Origin: Dehalococcoidia bacterium
Lineage (GTDB): Bacteria > Chloroflexota > Dehalococcoidia > Plut-88900
Length of the DNA: 64,000 bases
NCBI GenBank assembly: GCA_965197585.1
Contig: OZ240215.1
Span: 1,760,001-1,824,000 of the forward strand
Reading direction: 5' to 3'
Part shown: positions 18,836 to 27,795 of the stretch, in pieces
Layout of the letters: each line of letters opens with the position of its first letter
Position numbering within the stretch: the stretch's first letter is position 1
Program-made: the position numbers and the translations under genes
Notes under the pieces: generated by a model
What the model was told of the DNA's origin: nothing
Seen by the model: only the letters and a program-made list of their open reading frames with translations
The model's database searches: none

Positions 18836-20698
18836 CTAGGCATCGGACTCCCCGTCCTCTATGTCCGGCAAAAATGTGCGGATTAGCCCCCTGGCAATTA
18901 CCTTGTATATCTTTCTGGATACATAAAGCCCCGCAACCGAGATGATTCCCAGTACGGCAAGCGTCACAGGCGTGGCTATGCTCCCCAGGAATAGCAGTTG
19001 TGACAGCAGGGGAATGCTCCAGATGAATAGTACGATCATCAGCATCAGCAGGAGGCCGTCCCGCATGATCATCGCGAAACCTCTCCTGTAAACACTGCTG
19101 GCAGGCAACCCTCCCCCCGGGACCCGACGGGCAAGACTGCTGTTTATGTAGTTGCCCACTTCATTAGTTAGTCTCCTCAATGACCACCACGTCCCGATCG
19201 ATGCAGGTAGGGCTAGAGCCAGTACTCCGCCGCCTATGATGAGCCCTACGGTTTCCTGACTTATGCGCATTAGTTCGGCAATGTCTCCGCTGAACCGTAT
19301 CACCACATTCCCGACAGCCAGCAGGAGAATTATGACGCCCACGTTAACCAGTGTGAGCCGCGTGTGATGCCGTACCCGCAACGCTTCCTCACTCTTCAGC
19401 TGTAATAGGCTTCTCGTTGCCCTTATCCATTCAGTGATGTAGCTCATGTACTGACGCGCCACTTTCGGAGTCCACCTTTGCAACACATTGGCCAGCAGGT
19501 CTCCGCTGCGGAAGATGAAGGGGTACAGTAGGGATGTGATGCCCGTGGCCACTGCAACCACCGGGTATAGAAACGGCCCCACCGCCCCGTGAAGCGCCCC
19601 CGCACTCACTATTGCTAGGGAGAACTCACCTATCTGCGTCATCCCGGTCCCGACCTTGATCGCAGTCCGACCGTCTTCTCCCGTCGCGAACGTCGCGACG
19701 GTGTCCGCTATGAATTTCCCTCCTATGAACACCCCGGAAACTATCAGCGCCGGCCAGATGTGGTCTGTCATGTCCGATAGATTCACCAGCATGCCTATGG
19801 AAATGAAAAACAGCGCCGCAAAGAAGTCCTTAACCGGAGATACTAGCCGGACTAGCCTTTCCGACTCCCTTGTATCTCCCAGTACCGCCCCCACCAGGAA
19901 TGCTCCCGCCGCCGGTGAAACACCCAGCTGTTGGGCAATCAGCGCCAGCCCGAAGCACATGGCCAGAGTGGCCAGCAGCATGATCTCGTCCGACTTGTAC
20001 CTAGATATGAATCGTACCGTTCCGGGTGCGACTATCGCACCTACCCCTAACGCCGCAAATCCGAAGATGCCCAGCTTCAGTACTAGCGACCCCACTGCCC
20101 CGGCTTCCACTGTTCCGGTGGTTGCTACCCCGGAAAGAACCGTTAGCAGAATTACCGCCGCCACGTCTTCTATCACCAATATCCCGACGATTATCCGCCC
20201 ATGAGCTTGATGCAGTTGCCCCGTGTCCCTCAGCATCTTGTATAGGATCGCCGTGCTGGATATCGCAATCGCCGCCCCGAGATAGATCGACTCAGTCCCC
20301 GTCCACCCCAGCAGCGTCCCAATCTCATATCCCAGAGACATCATCAAAGTAATTTCCAGCGCCCCGATAACCAGCACCCGTAGCCCTACGCTGCTCAACC
20401 TCTTCCACCCTAGGTCCAGCCCCAGCGAAAACAACAGGATGATCAGCCCAAGGTCCGCCAGCGCGCTTATCAGTTCGACGTTTTCCACTGGCGGATTGGG
20501 AAGCGTGTACGGCCCGATAAGCAGTCCACCCAGCAGGTATCCCAGAATCGGGGGTTGCTTCAGGACACGGAACAACACCACCGCCCCACCCCCCACCGCC
20601 ATCACTATTGCGAAGTCGCGCAGTAGCGCAAAGTGCTCCGTCGAAGACTCTTCAGTCTCCGCAAGAAACGGCAACAATGTGCTCAGTAAATATTCCAT
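18836..20698 (-). CDS. CPA2 cation:proton antiporter with extended hydrophobic C-terminus
   Basis: KQPPILGYLLGG, ISSTAI, GILVIED, DFFAALFFISIG, QIGEFS. Confidence 0.9.
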   Translation of the reverse strand: MEYLLSTLLPFLAETEESSTEHFALLRDFAIVMAVGGGAVVLFRVLKQPPILGYLLGGLLIGPYTLPNPPVENVELISALADLGLIILLFSLGLDLGWKRLSSVGLRVLVIGALEITLMMSLGYEIGTLLGWTGTESIYLGAAIAISSTAILYKMLRDTGQLHQAHGRIIVGILVIEDVAAVILLTVLSGVATTGTVEAGAVGSLVLKLGIFGFAALGVGAIVAPGTVRFISRYKSDEIMLLATLAMCFGLALIAQQLGVSPAAGAFLVGAVLGDTRESERLVRLVSPVKDFFAALFFISIGMLVNLSDMTDHIWPALIVSGVFIGGKFIADTVATFATGEDGRTAIKVGTGMTQIGEFSLAIVSAGALHGAVGPFLYPVVAVATGITSLLYPFIFRSGDLLANVLQRWTPKVARQYMSYITEWIRATRSLLQLKSEEALRVRHHTRLTLVNVGVIILLLAVGNVVIRFSGDIAELMRISQETVGLIIGGGVLALALPASIGTWWSLRRLTNEVGNYINSSLARRVPGGGLPASSVYRRGFAMIMRDGLLLMLMIVLFIWSIPLLSQLLFLGSIATPVTLAVLGIISVAGLYVSRKIYKVIARGLIRTFLPDIEDGESDA

Positions 20699-20819
20699 AG
20701 CTCTGTATCACGTTCTCCGACTCTCCATTATATGACCTGGCCCCCTCAATAAACCTACCCTGTCTCTCTCCTCTTTCCGCATAATTCCCCCGCTCCGATT
20801 CTAAAACCCATCCCCTCCC

Positions 20820-20842
20820 GTAGGGGCGACCGGCGGTCGCCC
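20820..20842 (+). repeat. Palindromic repeat family 4 (GTAG-type REP, GTAGGGGCGACCGGCGGTCGCCC)
   Basis: Copies at 570-588, 20820-20842, 20891-20916, 25644-25667; GTAG followed by a GC hairpin is the RAYT-associated REP pattern. Confidence 0.75.
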
Positions 20843-20932
20843 TCCCACCCACCGCACCAAAGGACTAGCGAGATGGTGGTGGTCCTCCCCGTAGCGGCAA
20901 TCCCTGGTGGTTGCCCATGTCCCCCACTCTCA

Positions 20933-20963
20933 CCGCTCGTGCTGAGCCCGTCGAAGTATGAGC
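20933..20963 (+). repeat. Palindromic repeat family 3 (CCGCTC-GTGCTGAG..TCGAAGTAT-GAGCGG)
   Basis: Copies at 664-696, 20933-20963, 24600-24633 (inner stem GTGCT/AGTAT replaced by ACCCT/AGGGT); partials at ~24792 and ~40875. Confidence 0.75.
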
Positions 20964-21074
20964 TTGCTTAAGAGCGCCAGGGCATCCGCAGATCCTCCTC
21001 CCCCCTCCCTCCCCCGAATCCTATATAATCCTCCCCGCCACCCCTACCACCTATTCCTCTACCGGAGGTTCGAC

Positions 21075-22208
21075 ATGGCAGACTACAAAATCGTCTCCGC
21101 CGACTCCCACGCTGAGGAGCCGGGCAGCATCTACGAAAAGCTCCCTGAGCAGTTTCGTCACCGCAAGCCCCACGTCGAAGTCGTAGACGGACGTAAGTAC
21201 CAGGTTCTCGACGGTCAGCAGCCCATCCTCCTCGACACCCCCAACCCGCTAACCGAAAAAGACCTGCGCAAGGAGTTCCGGGGCGGCGAGGACGTGGGGC
21301 TAGGCGTCAACCGTGAATGGGGCACCGACGTTGATATCCGCCTCAAGGACCAGGTCGAGGACGGAGTCTCCGCCGAGGTCATCTACCCAAACGGCATATT
21401 CGAAGCCTTCTCCTCCCCCGAGCCCGGCTACCAGATGGCCGTCTGCTCCCTTTACAACGACTACTACTGGGACGTTTTCTCTACCCACTCAGATGTCTGC
21501 ATCCCTTCCGCCACCATACCCACCATCAACGTTGACGCCGCCGTCACCGAAGCCCGACGCATCGGCGCATTGGGCTACCGTTCCGTATCCGTGCCCGTCA
21601 ACGTCGCTTCTACCCCCTACAACCTCCCCGTCTACGAGCCTTTATGGTCCACCCTCGCCGACCTTGGCCTCCCTCTCAGCTTCCACGTCTTCACCAAGAC
21701 CGAACCCGTTTCCGACGACGAACCCCGCAAGTACCGCACCAAAGAAGAAACCCACGGCCAGGACCTCACCGGCATGGTCCTCGGCATGGCCGAGGCTATG
21801 GCCCCCATGACCGCACTCACCGCCGCCGGAGTCTTCGACCGCAACCCTGATCTCCGCATAGTCCTGGTCGAATGCGGTATCGGCTGGCTCGCCTGGGCCC
21901 TCTACGCTATGGACGACGTCTACCACGCCCGACACATGTGGCAGTACCCCAATCTAGATAGGCTTCCCAGCGAGTATTTCAAGACCAACGGCTTTATCAC
22001 CTTCGGCGACGACCCCATCGGCCTTAACAATATCGAGTTCACCGGCGTCGAGGGCCTCATGTGGGGAAGCGACTACCCCCACGACGAAGGCACCTTCCCC
22101 CACTCCCGAGAAGTCATCGAGCGCACTTTCGCCAACATTTCGGAAGAGGACAAGATCAAGATTGTCGGCGAAAACGCCGCCCGGCTCTACGGCATAAACC
22201 TCAACTAA
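21075..22208 (+). CDS. Amidohydrolase family 2 protein
   Basis: VSADSH, SFHV, VECGIGW, MWGSDYPHDEGTFP; GGAGG before ATG 21075. Confidence 0.9.
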   Translation: MADYKIVSADSHAEEPGSIYEKLPEQFRHRKPHVEVVDGRKYQVLDGQQPILLDTPNPLTEKDLRKEFRGGEDVGLGVNREWGTDVDIRLKDQVEDGVSAEVIYPNGIFEAFSSPEPGYQMAVCSLYNDYYWDVFSTHSDVCIPSATIPTINVDAAVTEARRIGALGYRSVSVPVNVASTPYNLPVYEPLWSTLADLGLPLSFHVFTKTEPVSDDEPRKYRTKEETHGQDLTGMVLGMAEAMAPMTALTAAGVFDRNPDLRIVLVECGIGWLAWALYAMDDVYHARHMWQYPNLDRLPSEYFKTNGFITFGDDPIGLNNIEFTGVEGLMWGSDYPHDEGTFPHSREVIERTFANISEEDKIKIVGENAARLYGINLN

Positions 22209-22235
22209 TCCTCATATCCTACTGGAGTTTCTTAA

Positions 22236-23375
22236 ATGCCTGACAAAGAAAGCGCCGACATATATCAGGAGCTCGGCATCCGAAAGGTAGTCAACGCCGT
22301 CGGAACCGCCACCGTCATGGGCGGAGCGGTCCTTAGCCCCCGAGTCCAGACCGCAATGGACCAGGCCGGCCAGGCCTTTGCCAGCATGGAGGAGGTCGTG
22401 ACCCGTGCCGGCGAAGCTATCGCCTCCGACCTCGGCGCAGAAGCTGCCTTTGTCACCTCCGGCTGCTTCGCCGCCCTAGCCATCAGCTGCGCCGCCGTCA
22501 TGACCGGCCCCGACACCGATCTCATAGCCCAGCTCCCCGATACCTCCGGCCTCCGAGACGAGTTCCTGATCCAGAACCGCCACCGCTACCATTACGACCG
22601 ATCCGTCTCCGTCCCCGGTGGCAAGCTCGTGGAGATTGGTGACGAAAACGGCGTTACGAAAACCCAGTTCGAGGAGGCCATAGGCCCCGACACCGCCGGA
22701 GTCCTGTATCCGGCCCACATGGACGGTATGGAGGGCACCCTATCCCTGGCCGAGGTGATCTCCATCTCCGAAGCCCGAGGCATCGCCGTAGTCGTAGACG
22801 CCGCCTTCCAAGTCTATCCCGTCCAGCGTATGAAAGATATCGCCTCCTGCGGCGCCGATTCCGTCTGCTTCAGTGCCAAGTACATGGGCGGCCCCAATTC
22901 CGTCGGATTCATGGTCGGCAAGAAACACTTTGTAGAATCCGCCCGGCTCCACGGCTTCACCGCATTCGAATTGGAAGACAACCGGGCCTTCGGTCGCGGC
23001 TTTAAGGTAGATAGGGGAGAGGCGGTGGCAATGGTCGCCGCCATGCGTGAGTGGTTCACTCTGGATCACGATGAGCGAGCCCGAGACCAGGAGCGCCGCT
23101 TCCAGGTCCTCGTCGAGCTCCTTGGAGACATCCCACACGTCACGCTCCAGCAGGGCTGGTTCGGCCAAATCCCCTGGATGCAGCTTCGAGTCGTCCTCGA
23201 CGAAGAAGCTCTCGGCATGACCGTAACCCAAGCCGCCGACGCCCTCAAAGCCCTAGACCCATCCATCTGGACCCGCCCCGACGGCGACGCCCTATCCATC
23301 GCAGTAGTCACCCTCCAACCCGGCGAAGAACAGCTCGTAGCCCGAGCCGTCCGCCAAGTCCTAGCCAGCCAATAA
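22236..23375 (+). CDS. SelA/DgaE-like PLP-dependent enzyme
   Basis: LGIRKVVNAVGTAT..GGA, VVVDAA, FSAKYMGGP (PLP lysine), GRGFKV. Confidence 0.8.
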   Translation: MPDKESADIYQELGIRKVVNAVGTATVMGGAVLSPRVQTAMDQAGQAFASMEEVVTRAGEAIASDLGAEAAFVTSGCFAALAISCAAVMTGPDTDLIAQLPDTSGLRDEFLIQNRHRYHYDRSVSVPGGKLVEIGDENGVTKTQFEEAIGPDTAGVLYPAHMDGMEGTLSLAEVISISEARGIAVVVDAAFQVYPVQRMKDIASCGADSVCFSAKYMGGPNSVGFMVGKKHFVESARLHGFTAFELEDNRAFGRGFKVDRGEAVAMVAAMREWFTLDHDERARDQERRFQVLVELLGDIPHVTLQQGWFGQIPWMQLRVVLDEEALGMTVTQAADALKALDPSIWTRPDGDALSIAVVTLQPGEEQLVARAVRQVLASQ

Positions 23376-23583
23376 ACCCTCACACAATCCCCATCTAAAG
23401 GAGCAGGGAGGGGTCCAATCCCCTCTCCCTCGATGGGAGAGGGCTAGGGTGAGGGTGATTCCAATTGGCAGCAGACCATGATATGAAATCACACTAACCC
23501 CCCATATTGGCATAACCTCCTCCCAGCGCATATCATGCCAATATCATCTCGCAAGGGGGTGGGGGTAAATCCCCCTCAACACC

Positions 23584-24543
23584 ATGCCAAAAATCAACTC
23601 AGTCCTCGGCCCCCTAGACACCGCCGACATGAGCTTCACCCTCTCCCACGAGCACGTCCTCGTATCCTCCGCCGGCATCCAGCAAATCTACCCCGAGTTC
23701 ATACCCCGTGATGCCATAATCGAGCGAGGCATCAACGACCTGAAAGTCGCCCACGCCGAGGGCGTCCGGACCATCATTGACGTCACCACCATCGACCTCG
23801 GCCGAGACATCCGTATGCTCGAAGATGTCTCCCGAGGCTCCGGCGTCAACATCATCGCCGCCACCGGTACTTGGCGAGACATTCCTCGCGTCTTCTGGGA
23901 AGCCTCCCCCGACGCCATCGCCGCCCTCTACATTCGCGAGATCGAGCAGGGCATCGAAGGCACCGACATTAAGGCCGGTGTCATCAAAGTCGCCAACGAC
24001 AAGGGAGGCGTAACACCTCAGGGTGAGATCATCCTTCGCGCCGCCGCCCGAGCCCACAAGGCCACCGGCGTTCCTATCTCAACTCACACCTGGGCCCCCG
24101 AGAGGGTCGGACTCCAGCAAGCCCGCATCTTCGAAGAGGAGAGTGTCGATCTAAACCGCGTCTACGTCGGCCACAGCAATGACACCACCAACGTCTCCTA
24201 CCTTATCGAGCTCCTCGAAAAAGGCGCCTGGATCGGCCTCGACCGCTATCCCGGCTTCACCTCTGAAGGCTCCGACACCCCCGACTGGCAAGACCGCACC
24301 CGCACCGCGGTCCGGCTCATCGAGGCCGGGTACGGCCACAAGATAATGCTCAGCCACGACTGGTCCATCCCCATCTCCCGCCCCAGCGAGGAAGAAATCG
24401 CCCGACGTGAAGCCCGCAACGCAGACGGATACCTCTTCATCCACCGTCACGTCATCCCCCTCCTCCGAGATCTCGGCATCTCCCAGGACGCCATAGACCA
24501 AATGATGGTCCACAACCCCCGCAACTTCTTCTCCGCCGTCTAA
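23584..24543 (+). CDS. Phosphotriesterase-family protein
   Basis: TLSHEH, GVIKVA, ISTHT, VGHS, LSHD, NPRNFF. Confidence 0.92.
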   Translation: MPKINSVLGPLDTADMSFTLSHEHVLVSSAGIQQIYPEFIPRDAIIERGINDLKVAHAEGVRTIIDVTTIDLGRDIRMLEDVSRGSGVNIIAATGTWRDIPRVFWEASPDAIAALYIREIEQGIEGTDIKAGVIKVANDKGGVTPQGEIILRAAARAHKATGVPISTHTWAPERVGLQQARIFEEESVDLNRVYVGHSNDTTNVSYLIELLEKGAWIGLDRYPGFTSEGSDTPDWQDRTRTAVRLIEAGYGHKIMLSHDWSIPISRPSEEEIARREARNADGYLFIHRHVIPLLRDLGISQDAIDQMMVHNPRNFFSAV

Positions 24544-24958
24544 CACCCCACCCTCCCCCGTCATTCCCGACCCCGAAGGAATCCATCCCCGGGGCGGGGC
24601 CGCTCACCCTGAGGCACTCGAAGGGTCGAGCGGGATGCGGCCCCCCATCAATCCGTCGCACCCTCCTCCACCCCAACCCCCTTCGCCCCTGTCATTCCGA
24701 TGCCCCGCGAGGAATCTGGGGAGGAGTCCTATCCCCTCTCCCTACGACGGGAGAGGGCTAGAGTGAGGCTGATCCCCTCCTTGGGGCGGAGCCGCTCACC
24801 CCTTCCTAGCCTTTCTGCCCCTCCCCCTTGATAACGATATATGAGCCATGTTGCAGAGCAACATGGCTCATATATCAATAAAACAGGGCGGGTGGGCGGG
24901 ACTCAATATATCCCTGAGGATGGTGAGGGTACCCCCTCCCATATGTGACACGAACCCC

Positions 24959-24988
24959 TTGACCCAAGGTGTACACATGTACTATATT
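24959..24988 (+). promoter_or_regulatory. Sigma70-type promoter with LexA-like box (element A)
   Basis: TTGACC (24959)-18 nt-TATATT (24983); GTAC-ACAT-GTAC at 24971-24982. Confidence 0.55.
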
Positions 24989-24994
24989 CACCCT

Positions 24995-25630
24995 CGACTA
25001 GCTCGTCACTCACCCCAAACCCAAGGAGGAACCAAAACACAGGGGGAACACCATCCCCGGCCCCCGAGGACTCAACATCTAAGCCCATCCCAAAGGGCGG
25101 CATTAGCCGCTCCTAGGCTCAAGCGAAAGCCGCCATCTCCTCATACCAAAGGCCCCGGCTCACCCTTCCCCCACCAACCATCAGGCGATGGAGGGTCCGT
25201 AGACTATAAGCGGCATGCCCTGTCCAAGGGCCCCTGCCGATACAACGCTCCCCTCATCAGGAGCGTATACCTCGCCCTCACAGGCGAATACCCTGACCCC
25301 GCCATTGGCCGGACTCAGATACAGGGCCTTTGAGCCCATAACCGACTCCCCCGCCGACGCCTTCGGAGAGGCAAGCGCACCCCTCGGCGGCTCCGAGTCA
25401 CGCTCCCATCCCTCCGCATGGTCGAGCACTTCTGGTGGTCGGGACGCCCCACGCCGAGAATCCCTCGGGTCCCCTCCCCATCCTCTCAGAAGCTAGGGGC
25501 TGCCCTGTGCAGACAGTAGATGTCCACAGGCACCGGCACAGGCCTAACCGCCTCCCTGCCCAACACTCTCGGACCTTCCGTCGCCACCCTCCCACTCAAC
25601 AAACAAACCCAGACCCCCAACCCCAACTGA
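24995..25630 (+). ncRNA. Candidate large structured non-coding RNA, copy A
   Basis: Shares ordered sequence blocks and covarying stems with 55144-55835; 16-bp helix 25184-25199/25570-25585; no ORF conserved between copies; ends approximate. Confidence 0.6.
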
Positions 25631-25844
25631 ATATCCCTCCCCCGTAGAGGCGACCGGCCAGTCGCCCTGGAGTAGGGCATTTCGCTCGCATCCTCCTGGG
25701 AAACGCACAATAATTCCCCCCAAACAATCATACAGGTGTGAACTTTTGATTGGATCAATTAAAAGTCTCACCTCTCACAGTGTATAGGCGCCACTCAACG
25801 GGCCGTCCCCCGACACCCTGCCATCCCTGCCTCCATCACTCCCC

Positions 25845-25894
25845 TTGACACCCGGCACATTCATCGCTAATATTAGCAACTGCAACTGATTGCA
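25845..25894 (+). promoter_or_regulatory. Promoter of the metal ABC operon with a metal-regulator-like box
   Basis: TTGACA (25845)-17 nt-TAATAT (25868); palindrome TGCAA-CTGA-TTGCA at 25881-25894 resembling Fur-family (Mur/Zur-type) boxes. Confidence 0.65.
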
Positions 25895-25927
25895 ACAACA
25901 CTTCATCGCATTAAGCGCTTCTCTACC

Positions 25928-26923
25928 ATGCCCAAGCTCCTTACTCTTCTCCTCATCACCCTCACCGTCGTCACCATCGCCTGCGGCCCTACCTCCAACC
26001 CCTCCTCTGGCAAGCTCAACGTAGTGACCACCGTCGCACCCATCACCAGCATCGTCGAGAACATCGGCGGCAACCGCATCCAACTCCAGGGTATAGTCCC
26101 CGAGGGAACCAACTCCCATACCTATGAGCCCTCTCCCTCAATAGCCAAGACCCTCACCAAGGCCGACCTCATAATCGCCAATGGCCTCTTCCTCGAAGAA
26201 CCTACCCTCAACCTCGCTGAAAGCGTCAAACAGGACGACACACCCATCCTCCTACTCGGCGACAACACCATCTCCCAAGACCAATGGGCCTTCGACTTCA
26301 GCTTCCCCGAATCCGGCGAGCACCCCAACCCTCACCTCTGGCCCGACCCCAACCTCGCCCTCCATTATGCCCAACTTGTCCACGACTCCCTCGTCTCCCT
26401 CGACACTTCCAACAAGGACTACTACGGCGACAACCTCACTGCCTTTACCGTTAGAATAGACCACCTCGACAACGCCATCCGCGAAGGTATATCCACTATT
26501 TCTCCCGACAACCGCAGACTCCTCACCTACCACGACTCCTGGGCCTATTTCGCCCGCACCTACGACATCGAGATCATAGGCGCCATCCAGCCATCCGATT
26601 TCAGCGAGCCCTCCCCCCAGGAAATGGCCCGCCTCATCCTCCAGGTCCGAGACCTCGGCGTACCCGCCGTTTTCGGCTCCGAGGTCTTCCCCAGCAAGGC
26701 CCTCGAGCAGATCGCCCGGGAGGCCGACGCTCTATACAGCGATGAGCTCGCCGACGATGACCTGCCTGGCCTCCCTGGTGACCCCGACCATTCCTACCTT
26801 GGCCTCATGACCCGGAACATGATCACCATGATCGGGGCTCTCGGCGGCGACGTTTCACCCTTCCACAACCTCGACTCATCCCTCGTGTTCGAAGGCCCCT
26901 CTACCGCCATTTACCCGCAGTAG
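25928..26923 (+). CDS. Zn/Mn ABC transporter substrate-binding lipoprotein (ZnuA/TroA family)
   Basis: Lipobox TIAC, NSHTYEP, NPHLW, YHDSWAYF. Confidence 0.93.
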   Translation: MPKLLTLLLITLTVVTIACGPTSNPSSGKLNVVTTVAPITSIVENIGGNRIQLQGIVPEGTNSHTYEPSPSIAKTLTKADLIIANGLFLEEPTLNLAESVKQDDTPILLLGDNTISQDQWAFDFSFPESGEHPNPHLWPDPNLALHYAQLVHDSLVSLDTSNKDYYGDNLTAFTVRIDHLDNAIREGISTISPDNRRLLTYHDSWAYFARTYDIEIIGAIQPSDFSEPSPQEMARLILQVRDLGVPAVFGSEVFPSKALEQIAREADALYSDELADDDLPGLPGDPDHSYLGLMTRNMITMIGALGGDVSPFHNLDSSLVFEGPSTAIYPQ

Positions 26924-26931
26924 GAAACTCT

Positions 26932-27795
26932 TTGCTTCATCCCGGCTCTCATCCACCAACCACCGGCACTCCCATCGTGGCCCTGGATAATGTCTCCTGT
27001 GGCTACGATGGGCAGCCCGTCATGACCGGCATGGACCTAAGAGTCATGCCAGGTGATTTCGTCGGACTGCTCGGACCCAGCGGTTCCGGTAAGACCACTC
27101 TGCTCCGTGTCATCCTCGGTGCCGTCCGACTCTTCTCCGGCCGCGTCCTGCTCGATGGCATCCCCGTAGGCCCGAGACGGCCTCCCATTGGCTACGTTCC
27201 CCAGCTCGAGACCATCGACTGGAACTTCCCTGTCACCGTACAGGAAGTAGTCCTCATGGGTGCCGCCATGCGCAAGCCCCTCTTCCCTTGGCACTCTTCC
27301 CAGCAGGGCCGCAACGCTAGGGTGATCATGGAGCGCCTCGGCATTGCCCATCTCGCCCACAGGCACATAAGGCAGCTATCCGGCGGGCAGCAGCAACGCG
27401 TCTTCCTCGCTAGAGCCCTCATCAGCAACCCTAGACTCCTTCTCCTCGACGAGCCAACCGCCGGAGTCGACATCAAGACCCGGGACGACATCATGCACCT
27501 CCTTCACGAGCTTAACCACCAGGGCGTGACCATCGTGATGACAACCCACGAGATTAACTCCGTCGCCGCCCACCTGCCGCAAGTAGTCTGCATCAACGGT
27601 GGCATCGTTGCCCAGGGCCCTCCCACCGACATCTTCACCCCCGACATCCTCAGGCGCACCTACGGCGCGGACATGCCCGTTATCCGCTATCAGGGCCTCG
27701 CCCTCGTCGCCGAGCGTCCCCACGTCTTCAGCCCCACCGCCGACCAGCACACCGGAAAGGAACCTCACCTCCACACCCATGCCCCCGATTCTTGA
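26932..27795 (+). CDS. Zn/Mn ABC transporter ATP-binding protein
   Basis: GPSGSGKTT, GYVPQ, LSGGQQQR, LLDEP. Confidence 0.93.
   Translation: MLHPGSHPPTTGTPIVALDNVSCGYDGQPVMTGMDLRVMPGDFVGLLGPSGSGKTTLLRVILGAVRLFSGRVLLDGIPVGPRRPPIGYVPQLETIDWNFPVTVQEVVLMGAAMRKPLFPWHSSQQGRNARVIMERLGIAHLAHRHIRQLSGGQQQRVFLARALISNPRLLLLDEPTAGVDIKTRDDIMHLLHELNHQGVTIVMTTHEINSVAAHLPQVVCINGGIVAQGPPTDIFTPDILRRTYGADMPVIRYQGLALVAERPHVFSPTADQHTGKEPHLHTHAPDS

Noticed and set aside
22236-23375. Calling this gene selA
   Set aside because: Shorter than typical bacterial SelA, no selenocysteine genes nearby, closer in pattern to DgaE-like proteins
24848-25333. 161-aa + strand ORF and other short ORFs over element A
   Set aside because: Starts inside a palindrome, runs through the promoter, is Pro/Arg/His-rich, and the frame is not preserved in copy B
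24945-25630. Identification of the elements as tmRNA, RNase P, 6S, SRP, group II intron or retron ncRNA
   Set aside because: No tRNA-like CCA end, no RNase P GAGGAAAGUCC core, no GUGYG or domain V signature, too long for 6S/SRP, and no reverse transcriptase in the window; an Rfam search is still needed
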